Assembly: GCF_002945325.1 (NCBI RefSeq)
Contig: NZ_CP026606.1
Span: 720,001-752,000, forward strand
DNA: 32,000 nt
Reading direction: 5' to 3'
Origin: Methanococcus maripaludis
Lineage (GTDB): Archaea; AGJL01; Methanococci; Methanococcales; Methanococcaceae
Positions within the stretch are counted from its first letter, which is position 1; each line of letters begins with the position of its first letter. This document shows, piece after piece, positions 1 through 9,596 of the stretch. The notes under the pieces are model-generated. The model was not told the DNA's origin and ran no database searches. It was given only the letters and a program-made list of their open reading frames with translations. The position numbers and the translations under genes were made by a program.

Positions 1-250
1 CTTTTGCAACAGTTACAAGTTTTTTTAATTCTTCAATTCCAAAATAGCCAATTTCCCGCCCTTTATTTGCTTGCGCTTCTAATTCAGAAATTACTGCTTC
101 TGGAACAATTATTTTACATTTTTCAATTCTGCCGTCAAGTATTAATTCTGTAATTCTACCATCAATAACCACGCAGGTGTCTACAGTAATTTTACATTCC
201 TTAAACTTTTTATTTTCATTTAAATTTTGATTAATCTCTTCGATAGACAT
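1..250 (-). CDS. PIN-domain protein (PilT N-terminal-like; probably the PIN/ATPase/KH type), N-terminal 83 codons only, gene continues off the left edge
   Basis: Own translation from ATG 250..248: MSIEEINQNLNENKKFKECKITVDTCVVIDGRITELILDGRIEKCKIIVPEAVISELEAQANKGREIGYFGIEELKKL. The VDTxVVIDGR ... IPxxVxxELE pattern is the PIN-domain N-terminus. GGTGAG Shine-Dalgarno lies at 259..254, 3 nt before the ATG. Confidence 0.55.
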   Translation of the reverse strand, partial: MSIEEINQNLNENKKFKECKITVDTCVVIDGRITELILDGRIEKCKIIVPEAVISELEAQANKGREIGYFGIEELKKLVTVAK

Positions 251-310
251 AGTCTCACCATAAAAACGATAAAAAATATTTAAAATTTAAAAAATAAGTT
301 AAATTAAATA

Positions 311-709
311 TTAATCTAATTTAGTCCCAATAACGGTAGAATCTCCAGTATTTAAATCAATCTTGTTGTGAAAACACGACATATATCCTTCATGACAGGC
401 CCATCCGGTCTGTTCAACCGTGAAAAGAAGTGCATCTCCGTCACAATCCCGATATACATCTATTATTTTTTGGACGTTTTTGCTTTCTTCGCCCTTTTTC
501 CAGATTTTATCCCTGCTTGTAGAGTAGTAGTGCATATATCCTGTTTCAATTGATTTTTCTAATGATTCTTCGCTCATAAATGCAGTCATTAAAACATTTT
601 TTTGTTTATCTGTCGAAATTGCCATCAACAGCTTTTTTCCGTCGATATTTCTAAATTTCAAATCCATATTTTTTATAATTTCTTTTATATTTTTGTCCAT
701 TTTTTCCAC
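311..709 (-). CDS. hisI: Phosphoribosyl-AMP cyclohydrolase
   Basis: 132-aa ORF with motifs YYSTSRxKxWKKGExS, DCDGDALL and GxACHxGxxSCF typical of HisI. The start is either GTG at 709 or ATG at 700. It lies 11-20 nt downstream of the preceding gene on the same strand. Confidence 0.9.
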   Translation of the reverse strand: MEKMDKNIKEIIKNMDLKFRNIDGKKLLMAISTDKQKNVLMTAFMSEESLEKSIETGYMHYYSTSRDKIWKKGEESKNVQKIIDVYRDCDGDALLFTVEQTGWACHEGYMSCFHNKIDLNTGDSTVIGTKLD

Positions 710-720
710 AGATGTTTTAA

Positions 721-1698
721 CTATTTTATTATTTCATATCCTGAATTATTTGCTTTTGTAGATATAATCTCGCCTTCAATTCCAAATTTATCGAAAAATT
801 CATTGGAAATTTCAGTTATTGTATCTTTATCCCCTAAAGAATAAATTGTTGGACCAAAACTTGAAATTCCACTGTATGAAACTTCTTGAAGCTTTGATAA
901 TAATCCTTTTAAACTTTCTTTTTGAAGTCCAACTTCTGCACGTTTGAATCCTAAATTTTGAAGTTCATTTACAACTTTTCCAAATGAATCAAAGTCTTTT
1001 TCGATAACTGCGGGCATCATTTTCATTAAAACTAGCCTGCATATTTTTTGAACGTCTTCGGTTGGAACTGGACAGAATTTTCTAAATATGTCAACTTCCC
1101 TGTCTCCACAGACCTGTTCTCCTTTTGGAATTGTTAAAACAATATCCCAGTCAAAATCGTGTCGGAATAGTACAGGAGAGGGTTTTACATCCTTTGATGC
1201 TGAGGAAGGCCTAAAATCAATTTTATCTTTTCCTTCACCAAAAGTATGGCCCCCATCAACAATGAATCCGCCAGTTTCAAAAGCTGCCACACCAATTCCT
1301 GAAGTTCCGCCCCTTCCAGTAATTTTTGCCAGTGTTTCTGCGTTTAAATCTACGCCATAAACTAATGAAGTAATTTTTCCAGTAGAAAGTGAAACTTGTG
1401 TTCCACTTCCAAGTCCAGAATGGGATAAAATCGCGTCATTTACTTTTAAACTTATTCCACTTTCCCCAATAACATCTAAAACATTTTTCGCCGCATTTTT
1501 AATTCTTGATTCCAAATTTTCTTTATCTTTCTCATAAATTTCAATTCTAAAATCTATTTCTATCTCGCTACTTTCTTTTCCTTCAATTTGAAAATTAGGG
1601 TAATCCAGAGCAACTCCCACTCCACCATCAACCCTTCCAATTTCTCCGTTTAAATCAATTAATCCCATATGTATTCTGGAAGGAGAATTCAACTTCAT
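721..1698 (-). CDS. Beta-ribofuranosylaminobenzene 5'-phosphate (beta-RFAP) synthase, GHMP-kinase fold, methanopterin biosynthesis
   Basis: 325-aa ORF. The N-terminus [27 protein letters not shown] and the GLGSGTQ motif match the archaeal RFAP synthase family (MJ1427-type). AGGTGA Shine-Dalgarno lies 6 nt upstream and overlaps the end of the CBS gene. Confidence 0.85.
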   Translation of the reverse strand: MKLNSPSRIHMGLIDLNGEIGRVDGGVGVALDYPNFQIEGKESSEIEIDFRIEIYEKDKENLESRIKNAAKNVLDVIGESGISLKVNDAILSHSGLGSGTQVSLSTGKITSLVYGVDLNAETLAKITGRGGTSGIGVAAFETGGFIVDGGHTFGEGKDKIDFRPSSASKDVKPSPVLFRHDFDWDIVLTIPKGEQVCGDREVDIFRKFCPVPTEDVQKICRLVLMKMMPAVIEKDFDSFGKVVNELQNLGFKRAEVGLQKESLKGLLSKLQEVSYSGISSFGPTIYSLGDKDTITEISNEFFDKFGIEGEIISTKANNSGYEIIK

Positions 1699-1710
1699 TA
1701 AACTTCACCT

Positions 1711-2172
1711 TTAAATCATTGCCTCTATCAAGTCGCCCCTTGTTACAATCCCAACCAATTTCTCGCCTTCAACTACAGGTAATCTTTTTATTTTATTTTT
1801 TACCATTACTTCTGCTGCATTCGTTATCGGGGTTTCTGAAGATACACTGACTACTTTTTCAGACATTGCTTCAAAAACTTCTGTTCTTAATGCATTTTCC
1901 ATGTCTCCCTTAAATTCTTCAATTTTTATCGCAGTTTTTAACGGTAACTCAATTAAATCAAAAGGAGATGGAAGCACTAAACTAAACCTATCGTCATGTG
2001 AAGTTAACGCCTTAATAATATCACTTTCGGATAAGATTCCGACCAGTTTTTCGCCTTCAACAACAGGTGCACCACTTATTTTATTTTCCCTGAATGTTGA
2101 TATTGCTTTTTCGATATCATCGTCTTTATTCAGTGTTATTGGCCTTTTCATTACATCTTTAACAAAAATCAT
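1711..2172 (-). CDS. CBS-domain pair protein
   Basis: 153-aa ORF with two CBS repeats (ISGAPVVEGEKLVGILSESDIIKAL and IKRLPVVEGEKLVGIVTRGDLIEAM). GGTGGA Shine-Dalgarno lies upstream of the ATG at 2172. Confidence 0.85.
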   Translation of the reverse strand: MIFVKDVMKRPITLNKDDDIEKAISTFRENKISGAPVVEGEKLVGILSESDIIKALTSHDDRFSLVLPSPFDLIELPLKTAIKIEEFKGDMENALRTEVFEAMSEKVVSVSSETPITNAAEVMVKNKIKRLPVVEGEKLVGIVTRGDLIEAMI

Positions 2173-2247
2173 TCTTCCACCAGATTATTTATCAACAAAT
2201 ATATATAATCCATGATTGATATAGCTACTAGATATATTGGTGGTAAA

Positions 2248-3390
2248 ATGTATATAAGGGTTAACAATGGCGTTACAGAATGCAACATCAGATTGGTAGG
2301 AACAGCTCACGTATCTGACGATAGTGTTATGGAAGTAGAAAACGCCATTATCGAAACTGATCCAGAAGTAGTAGCTATTGAATTAGATAAAGACCGATTT
2401 GTAGCCATGTTTCAAAATAAAAAAAATAACGTGGATTTAAAATCAGTCATAAAACAGGGTAAAGTAGGAATTTACATAGTGCACTCCATCTTAGCAAACT
2501 TCCAAAAAAACATTGGGGAACAGTTTGGGATAAAACCTGGAAGTGAAATGAAAAAAGCCACCGACCTTGCGATACAACACGGAAAACCAATTTCACTAAT
2601 TGATAGACCAATTAATGTTACCTTATCAAGAACAGTTAATAAAATGACACTTAAAGAAAAATTTGACTTTTTGATGGGCCTTTTAACCGAACAGAACTTG
2701 GAATTAGATGAAAAAGCAGTTAATGACATGGTTTCAAATGCCGATGACTTAATTTTACTTTTAAAAGATATTTCCCCGTCAATTTATGAAACGCTTGTTG
2801 ATGAAAGAGATAGATATATGGCAAAAAATCTCTTTGAGGCGAGCAAAGGAAAAGAAAATATCGTTGCAGTAGTTGGCGCAGGCCACGTTCCTGGAATTAA
2901 AAACTACCTCAAAAAAATGGAAATGGGGGAAGATATTGACTTAAAATCATTACTGGAAGTAAAAAAAAAGTCAAATATTTTAGGTAAAATAATTTCTATT
3001 GCAATACTTTTAATTATATTTTACGGATTTTACGCCGCATCGTCAAATCTTGAAGCATTAAAAACTCTTACAATGGAATGGGTGCTTATAAATGGCTGTC
3101 TTTCCTCATTGGGCGTCATTTTAGCACGCGGAAAGATCCAGACGATGATTGCAGCATTTTTAGCGGCACCTGTTACCTCGTTAATTCCAGTAATTGGTGC
3201 AGGATACGTTGCAGGATTAGTAGAACTTAAATTCAGGGACGTTTCCTTCAATGATATTGGAAAAATGATGAATACCGAAAATTTTAAAGAATTAATGGAA
3301 AATCAAGCGATGAGAGTTCTATTAGTCGCAGCACTTGCAAACCTTGGAAGCGCAATTGGAACTTTTTATTTTGTACCTAGATTTTTATAA
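2248..3390 (+). CDS. TraB-family protein (pheromone-shutdown-like) with C-terminal membrane segments
   Basis: Motifs LVGTAHVS, ERDxYMA and VVGAGHVxG are typical of the TraB family. The hydrophobic C-terminal third suggests several TM helices. I place the start at ATG 2248, preceded by GGTGGT, rather than the ORF-track 2212. Confidence 0.8.
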   Translation: MYIRVNNGVTECNIRLVGTAHVSDDSVMEVENAIIETDPEVVAIELDKDRFVAMFQNKKNNVDLKSVIKQGKVGIYIVHSILANFQKNIGEQFGIKPGSEMKKATDLAIQHGKPISLIDRPINVTLSRTVNKMTLKEKFDFLMGLLTEQNLELDEKAVNDMVSNADDLILLLKDISPSIYETLVDERDRYMAKNLFEASKGKENIVAVVGAGHVPGIKNYLKKMEMGEDIDLKSLLEVKKKSNILGKIISIAILLIIFYGFYAASSNLEALKTLTMEWVLINGCLSSLGVILARGKIQTMIAAFLAAPVTSLIPVIGAGYVAGLVELKFRDVSFNDIGKMMNTENFKELMENQAMRVLLVAALANLGSAIGTFYFVPRFL

Positions 3391-3519
3391 TGCGTTTGTA
3401 TTTTCCAGAAATCTATTTTTTTAATAGCTTTTTTAAAAATAAAATACCCAAACTATTTATTTTGGCATTAATATATAAAAGCCCAATTAACGCTCAAATC
3501 CGCGGAGTGGTGAACAGGC

Positions 3520-4554
3520 ATGCGAAAAATCGTCGTTTTTTTGACCGTAATTTTAGTACTTTTAATGGCAGGATGTATTGGAGATCAAAAATCAAAATCT
3601 TATAACGATAAAGGTCTTGAATTGTACAATCAAGGCAATTATGTCGATTCAATATCTGAATATAACCTCGCACTTTTAGAAAACCCAAAATCTGCTGAAA
3701 TTTGGGTGAATAAAGGAAATTCGCTTTTAAAACTTGGAATATATGGCGAATCTACAGAATGTTTTAATAAAGCTCTTTTAATTGATTCTGAAAATTCAGA
3801 AGCATTTAATGGATTAGGGACAGTACTTTCAAAAACCGGCAATTACCAAAAAGCCCTTGAAATGTACGATAAATCGTTAAATATCGATTCTGAAAATTCA
3901 GAAGCCTGGAACAATAAGGGAATTACATTAACTAACATGCAAAGGTACTCAGAAGCTATTGAATGTTTTGATAGATCAATCTCAATTAATGCAAAAAATT
4001 CAGACGTTTGGTACAATAAGGGAGAATCGCAGTTTAAACTCGGAAAATATCAAGAATCCATTGATTCATATAATAAAGCTCTGTTAATTGATGAAAAAAT
4101 GGAAACTGCACTGCTTGGAAAAGGAAATTCATATTTAAAACTGCAGAACTACGAAAGCGCAATAGAATGTTTTAATACTGCAGAAACTATCAATCCAAAA
4201 AGCGAATATCCCCCATACTACAAAGCAGATGCTTATCGAGATACTGAAAACTTTGAAGATGCTTTAAAATATTACGATGAAACATTGGAAATAAATCCCT
4301 CGAATGCAGACGTTTTGATAAATAAAGGAATTTGTTTTGATAAAATGAAAAATTATAGTAGTGCAATATCAAATTTTGATTTGGCAATTCAGCTTGATCC
4401 AAAAAATGTACAAATTTGGATCTTAAAAGGAAATTCATACGTTGGGTTAAAAGACTATGAATTTTCAATTTCTTGTTATAAAAAAGCCCTTGAACTTGAC
4501 CCTGAAAATGAAAATGCTAAAGAAAATATAGATATTGTAGAAAAAATAATTTAA
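3520..4554 (+). CDS. Secreted/lipobox TPR-repeat protein
   Basis: 344-aa ORF. The N-terminal signal-like segment ends LLMAGC (lipobox-like Cys). It is followed by tandem 34-aa TPR units (W/YxNKGxxLxxLGxYxEAIxxFxKAL...P.N) along the rest of the protein. GGTGA Shine-Dalgarno lies 7 nt upstream. Confidence 0.85.
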   Translation: MRKIVVFLTVILVLLMAGCIGDQKSKSYNDKGLELYNQGNYVDSISEYNLALLENPKSAEIWVNKGNSLLKLGIYGESTECFNKALLIDSENSEAFNGLGTVLSKTGNYQKALEMYDKSLNIDSENSEAWNNKGITLTNMQRYSEAIECFDRSISINAKNSDVWYNKGESQFKLGKYQESIDSYNKALLIDEKMETALLGKGNSYLKLQNYESAIECFNTAETINPKSEYPPYYKADAYRDTENFEDALKYYDETLEINPSNADVLINKGICFDKMKNYSSAISNFDLAIQLDPKNVQIWILKGNSYVGLKDYEFSISCYKKALELDPENENAKENIDIVEKII

Positions 4555-4578
4555 TTCTTTTTTTAATTTATTAAATTT

Positions 4579-7356
4579 TTAAGCAACTGGATTTTCTGAT
4601 TCATCTGGGGAACTATCGCTGGTTTCACTGCCAGAATTGTCTTCTGAAGAAGTATCCGAATTACTTTCTGATTCGGAAGAACTATCTGATGGTTCATCGT
4701 CTGAAGTTTCTGAATCTTCTGTTTCGGAATTACTTTCTGATTCCCCTCCCGGATTATCATCTGAGGTTGTATCTGAATTATCGCCAGAAGAAGTTTCTGA
4801 AGATTCATCTCCAGTAATATCCTCGGTTTCCGAAGGAGTTTCTGATTGTTCATCATCTGAAGTTTCTGATTCACCCGTTTCATCGTTACTTTGTGTTTCA
4901 TCATCTGGAGAAGTTTCTGAAGATTCATCTCCAGTAGCCTCTCCCGTTTCTGAAGGATTATCTCCTGAATCTTCAGCACCTTCATCGTTATTGTCAGGTT
5001 CAGTGTCAGAGGTATCTCCTGAGTCAGCACTGCCTGAATCTTCTGGTTCTAAAGGAGAATCATTTTCTGAAGGATTATCTGAAATATTGCCCTCATCTTC
5101 TGCATCTGTATTATTTTGTGTTTCGTTATTTTGTGATTCATCAGTATTGTTTTCTATTTCCCCATTTGATTCATTTTCTGATTCATTCGGCGTAATTTCA
5201 CCAGTTTCATTGTTTAATGGAGTATCTGTTGTTTTGTTTTCAGGATTTGAAGTTTCTGCAGGTTCTTGGGTATCATCAGTTATTGGTTTTGTATATGAAT
5301 AATCTGGAACATCTATTTCAAACTGAATAACTTCATCAGAATTTATGTTTTCCTCATTATCCTCTGCATAAACCCTCAACGTGTGTATCCCGTACGAAAG
5401 ATCTGTTAATGTTCCAGTATAGTAATTTGAACTTTTAGTCAGCGTGAAACTTACTTTTTCATCAAGCATTACTTTTACAGAATCTATTCCTGAATCATCT
5501 GTTGCTGAAACCTTAACCGAAACATTTTCTTCAAAAGAATCCCCGATTTCAGGTTCTATTATTTCAACTTCAGGAGGGGTGATATCGCCTTCATTTACGT
5601 CGAAAGTGACTTTTTCGTTATAATTTGAGTTTCCAGCAGCATCTGTTACAATTATCCATAAAGTGTGTGCGCCCCATTCTAAATTATCAAGAATATTTAT
5701 ATAATACCCGTTACTTTCGATTAAATCTACAGTATAGTCATCGATTTTTGCATAAGCTGAATATATGTCGGATTCGTCAGTGATTTTAACTTTTATCGAA
5801 ACTTCGGAACCCTCTGCATAAGATTTTGAAACTGGGGAAATAATTTTAACTTCAGGAGGCGTTGAATCTGGAGTTGATATTGAAAATACCCTTGATTCGA
5901 AGGAATTTACATTTCCAACAGCATCTTTTGCATATATTTTAATCGTGTGTGCCCCGTAGTCCAAATTATCTAAAGATTTGGAATAGGTAGTTCCGTTTTG
6001 CACCATTATTTCTTTGTAGCTATTATCCACCTCGAGCATTACAGAGTGAATTTCTGAGTTGTCGGTTACTGAAACGTCAACTAATATGGTTTCATTTTCA
6101 CCAAAGAAAGCATTTTCTCTAGGAGAAACAATGCTTACGACAGGAGGTACACTGTCAGGTGCTAATGGGATATTGTCAATATTCTCAGAATTAAGTTCAT
6201 AATACGTTTCGGAAAGTGTGTCCCCATTAGAATCCTGATTCATTGCTTTTTGACTGAATCCCGTACCTTCAGGAGTGTACCAAACATTTCCTGCGGTAAA
6301 TTCCCCTTCAAGTATATTACTTTCATTTATAATGGGAGCATTCCAGTAATTTTCACCTGAATCTTCAAAACGCACGTTTAAAGAATTATTAAACAAGTTA
6401 TCGTAGATAGTATTATATTTCGTACCAAATTCCATAAAAATTCCTGATTTTACGTTATTTAATAATCTATTTTTAAAAAGCACGTTTAAATCAGAATTCC
6501 ACAAGATTATTCCCTCGGAATTTTTAGAAATTTTATTCTTAGATATGGTATTTTCAAAAGATTTCCATGAATAAATTCCAGAATCATCGTTTTCAAAGAT
6601 ATTATTGCTTTCAATATTATTGAACTCAGATTCTCTTGTTAAAATTCCGTTATTCTCATTTTGATAGAGTTCATTAAATATTATCGAATTATTTTTTGAA
6701 TCCCAAACAAAAACTCCATTATCTTCGTTTTCAAAAACGGTATTTCCCGAAATAAGGTTATTTTTTGAATTTAATAACTCGATTCCATTGTAAATGTTAT
6801 TATTTACCGTATTTTTAGTAATATTGTTAAATTCAGACCCATCTAAAAATATTCCTGAAGTAACGATGCCGATAACCCCATTTTCATAAACTAAATTTTC
6901 GGAAATATCGTTATTTTTTGAGTTGAGTATGTAAATTCCGTCATAGGTATTCCCAAACACTTCGTTGTTTGAAATTTTACAGTTTTCTGCATTTTCAAGA
7001 ACTATTCCGTAATCAAAATTCGAAACTATCCCATTTTTTAAACTTACGTTATTTCCAGATATTGATATTCCTCTTCCTTCATAATTTCCTGAAAGCTTAT
7101 TTCCTTTTAAATCAATTATAATATTACTTTTATTAATTTCAATACCATTTGAAACTTTTAAATCAGTAGTTACCTCAACTATCCCATTTTCGGGAACATT
7201 TTCTATTGCATCCTGAATAGAATTATTTGATTCGAAAAATGCACCACTTTGATACCAGTAGTGAGTATTATTTACATATATTGTAGTATCTTCCGCACAT
7301 ACTCCTGAAATGGCCCCCAATATTACCATTACCAGAAATACCTTGAAAATTTTCAT
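4579..7356 (-). CDS. Large secreted surface protein: signal peptide + parallel beta-helix (PbH1/NosD-like) repeats + three Ig-like modules + hyper-acidic Ser/Glu/Asp/Thr tail
   Basis: Start placed at ATG 7356 (MKIFKVFLVMVILGAISGVCA = signal peptide), preceded by GAGGGGG Shine-Dalgarno. The ORF-track start at 7401 adds 15 non-hydrophobic residues. A long run of N-x-I-x-x-N/G-I repeats is typical of right-handed beta-helix proteins. The C-terminal ~230 aa are low complexity. Confidence 0.85.
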   Translation of the reverse strand: MKIFKVFLVMVILGAISGVCAEDTTIYVNNTHYWYQSGAFFESNNSIQDAIENVPENGIVEVTTDLKVSNGIEINKSNIIIDLKGNKLSGNYEGRGISISGNNVSLKNGIVSNFDYGIVLENAENCKISNNEVFGNTYDGIYILNSKNNDISENLVYENGVIGIVTSGIFLDGSEFNNITKNTVNNNIYNGIELLNSKNNLISGNTVFENEDNGVFVWDSKNNSIIFNELYQNENNGILTRESEFNNIESNNIFENDDSGIYSWKSFENTISKNKISKNSEGIILWNSDLNVLFKNRLLNNVKSGIFMEFGTKYNTIYDNLFNNSLNVRFEDSGENYWNAPIINESNILEGEFTAGNVWYTPEGTGFSQKAMNQDSNGDTLSETYYELNSENIDNIPLAPDSVPPVVSIVSPRENAFFGENETILVDVSVTDNSEIHSVMLEVDNSYKEIMVQNGTTYSKSLDNLDYGAHTIKIYAKDAVGNVNSFESRVFSISTPDSTPPEVKIISPVSKSYAEGSEVSIKVKITDESDIYSAYAKIDDYTVDLIESNGYYINILDNLEWGAHTLWIIVTDAAGNSNYNEKVTFDVNEGDITPPEVEIIEPEIGDSFEENVSVKVSATDDSGIDSVKVMLDEKVSFTLTKSSNYYTGTLTDLSYGIHTLRVYAEDNEENINSDEVIQFEIDVPDYSYTKPITDDTQEPAETSNPENKTTDTPLNNETGEITPNESENESNGEIENNTDESQNNETQNNTDAEDEGNISDNPSENDSPLEPEDSGSADSGDTSDTEPDNNDEGAEDSGDNPSETGEATGDESSETSPDDETQSNDETGESETSDDEQSETPSETEDITGDESSETSSGDNSDTTSDDNPGGESESNSETEDSETSDDEPSDSSSESESNSDTSSEDNSGSETSDSSPDESENPVA
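4789..4936 (-). repeat. In-frame 120-nt periodic repeat inside the acidic tail (28-nt exact copies at 4789..4816 and 4909..4936)
   Basis: agaagtttctgaagattcatctccagta occurs twice, exactly 120 nt (40 codons) apart. At protein level this gives the repeated ...TGDESSETS... unit. Confidence 0.8.
5300..6150 (-). repeat. Three tandem ~95-aa Ig-like modules (protein-level repeat) of the surface protein
   Basis: Each module starts with PP(V/E)V.I(V/I).P; the PP codons are at 6147..6142, 5859..5854 and 5577..5572, spaced 288 and 282 nt. Each contains ...D.S.I.S... and LxYG/WGxHTLxxxxxDxxGNxN. Confidence 0.7.
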
Positions 7357-7606
7357 TAAAACCCCCTCTTCAAAATCGTATATTGAATTCCCCAAATTCA
7401 ATATAACCCTTACAATTATAACTTTCTAAAACGCTATTATTATAGCTTATTGTTTAAATAAAGGATTAATTTCCCCCATAAAATAGATTAAACCAAAAAT
7501 ATAGAATTAATCGTGTGATAAAAGAATAATCATTTAGGGGTTTGAAAAAAGCCGAATTTTAAATATAATTAAATATAAAAAAGTAAATTTAAGTATTTCA
7601 AAAATT

Positions 7607-8611
7607 TTAGCAGACTCTAGGGATTGGATCGCCCATTGGCGTATCAACTATCCTTTTTCCGACAATTGTTTCCATTAAAACGCCTTTGTGTTCAGACGTT
7701 ACATTTCCAATAATTTTAGCGTTTTTTCCAAGCGGATGTGCCTTTAAAATTTCAAGTATTTTTTCTGAATCTTCTGCTTTTACAGACATTACAACTTTTC
7801 CTTCATTTGCAACAGTTAACGGGTCGATTCCAAGCGCTTCACCAATGGCCTGAACTTCATCGCTTATAGGGATTTTGTCTTCGTAGATTAATATTCCTAA
7901 ATCACTTTTTTCTGCCATCTCATTTAAAGAATCTGCAAGACCGCCTCTTGTCGGGTCTTTCATTCCATTAATTTCAAAACCTGCATTTAAAACGCTTTGA
8001 ACAAGCCCGTTTACTGGAGCTACGTCCGATTTTAATTCTGATTCAAATTCAAATCCTTCTCTTGAAAGAAGTATTGTAAGACCGTGTTCCCCGATATTTC
8101 CGCTAACGATTATTACATCTCCTTCTTTCATTCCGCAATCCCTTACAGCTTTGCCAGAATCAACAATTCCGATACCTGCAGATGAAATGATGATATCATC
8201 AACATTTGAAACTTTTGTATCCCCTGTAATTATTGCAACACCTGCTTCTTTGCAGGCTTCATTTATTGATTTCATTATTTTATCAAGTTTTTCAATATCA
8301 AAGCCTTCTGGAAGTACTATTGAAAGAGAAAGTGCAACAGGTTTTGCCCCCATTACTGAAAGATCATTTACAGTTCCGCATACGGAAATTCTCCCGATAT
8401 CGCCGCCTGGAAAAAATATTGGATGTACAGTGTGTCCATCAACAGTGAAAACTATTTCTTTATCCCCAATAGGTATGGTTGAAGCATCATCAAGAGATTC
8501 AAGACCAATTCCTCCTTCAATCTTCGTATTTTCTAAGTTACCGAGTATTGTTTCCTTAATTAACTTTTGCATTACGGTTCCGCCAGCACCATGCATTCGT
8601 GTAATATTCAT
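7607..8611 (-). CDS. hypE: [NiFe]-hydrogenase maturation protein HypE (AIR-synthase-like, carbamoyl dehydratase)
   Basis: 334-aa ORF with a PurM/AIR-synthase-like fold signature and the diagnostic C-terminal ...DPIPRVC ending in Cys. GGAGTTGAT Shine-Dalgarno lies upstream of ATG 8611. Confidence 0.9.
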   Translation of the reverse strand: MNITRMHGAGGTVMQKLIKETILGNLENTKIEGGIGLESLDDASTIPIGDKEIVFTVDGHTVHPIFFPGGDIGRISVCGTVNDLSVMGAKPVALSLSIVLPEGFDIEKLDKIMKSINEACKEAGVAIITGDTKVSNVDDIIISSAGIGIVDSGKAVRDCGMKEGDVIIVSGNIGEHGLTILLSREGFEFESELKSDVAPVNGLVQSVLNAGFEINGMKDPTRGGLADSLNEMAEKSDLGILIYEDKIPISDEVQAIGEALGIDPLTVANEGKVVMSVKAEDSEKILEILKAHPLGKNAKIIGNVTSEHKGVLMETIVGKRIVDTPMGDPIPRVC

Positions 8612-8822
8612 GCGATCAACTCCAAATTTAAACTACTGATAATTAGTCATTTTATTTTTTATTGGTTGCGATATTGTTTTAATGCATGATATTTCTTATT
8701 GTAAATTAAATTCCGGGTACAAATGAAAAAATATATAATTGATAAATCATATAATATTTTAAAATGATATTATAATAAAAATTTTACCAATTCTATTTCT
8801 TATAAGATATGGACGTGGAAAT

Positions 8823-9578
8823 ATGAACGCATTTTCTTTTTTGAACTTGGAAAAGGGTATTGAAAATACCATGATAATTGATAAAGGACTGTCTCCTGAT
8901 TTTATTAACGATTATTTAAAAGTATGTGGAAAATATATCACTTTTGCGAAATTTGGATGGGGCACAAGCGCTGTTCAATCCAGAGAACTGGTTAAGGAAA
9001 AAATTGAAAATTACAAAAAATACGGCATAAAAACATACCCTGGCGGAACACTCTTTGAAGTATGTTTCTCAAAAAATCTTTTTGAAGAATACTTAAAAGA
9101 GTGTAAGAACCTAGGATTTGAATGTGTTGAAATATCTGATGGTTCAATGGATTTAAAACCTGAAGACAAAGATTATGCAATAAAACAGGCAAAAAAAGCA
9201 GGTTTTATCGTTCTTTCAGAAGTTGGAAAAAAAAGTATCGTTTTAGATGGCGAACTTGAAATCCACGAAAGAATAGAACTCGTAAAAAAAGACCTTGAAT
9301 CCGGTGCAGACTTTGTAATTATTGAAGGTAGAGAAAGCGGAAAATCAATAGGGCTTTTTGATGAAAAAGGGAACGTGAAAAAGGAAGAACTTGAGATACT
9401 TGCTGAAAACGTAGATATGGATAAAATAATACTTGAAGCACCTCAAAAAAATCAGCAGGTTGAATTTATATTACGTTTTGGGAATGACGTAAATCTTGGA
9501 AATATATCCTTTGAAGAAGTAATTTCACTGGAAACTCTGAGAAGAGGATTAAGAGGGGACACTTTCGGAAAAATTTAA
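8823..9578 (+). CDS. comA: (2R)-phospho-3-sulfolactate synthase, first step of coenzyme M biosynthesis
   Basis: 251-aa ORF. DKGLS...FAKFGWGTS...YPGGTLFE...VEISDGS are ComA family motifs. Confidence 0.88.
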   Translation: MNAFSFLNLEKGIENTMIIDKGLSPDFINDYLKVCGKYITFAKFGWGTSAVQSRELVKEKIENYKKYGIKTYPGGTLFEVCFSKNLFEEYLKECKNLGFECVEISDGSMDLKPEDKDYAIKQAKKAGFIVLSEVGKKSIVLDGELEIHERIELVKKDLESGADFVIIEGRESGKSIGLFDEKGNVKKEELEILAENVDMDKIILEAPQKNQQVEFILRFGNDVNLGNISFEEVISLETLRRGLRGDTFGKI

Positions 9579-9596
9579 TTAAAAAGGGTGTAACTC

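Noticed and set aside
3390-3688. ORFs 3390..3605 (+) and 3494..3688 (-) in and around the traB/TPR intergenic region
   Set aside because: They overlap the well-supported TPR gene start (3520, good Shine-Dalgarno), have no Shine-Dalgarno of their own, and have Phe/Ile/Lys-rich composition expected from AT-rich non-coding DNA.
4563-5302. ORF-track entries 4563..5030 (-) and 4637..5302 (+), long ORFs rich in Gln/Leu/Lys or Ser/Glu/Val
   Set aside because: They are alternative-frame or antisense shadows of the low-complexity acidic tail of the 4579..7356 gene. The repetitive GAA/TCT-type codons keep other frames open. They lack Shine-Dalgarno sequences and have implausible composition.
8151-8639. 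162-aa and 71-aa plus-strand ORFs inside hypE, and similar antisense ORFs inside other genes. Examples: 1088..1360, 1901..2215, 10001..10360, 12096..12500, 14274..14570, 17280..17606, 21047..21349, 22264..22662, 26740..27186, 27433..27864
   Set aside because: Each lies wholly within a well-supported gene on the opposite strand. They lack Shine-Dalgarno sequences and have Ser/Pro/Ile-rich compositions typical of antisense translation. I treat them as shadow ORFs.
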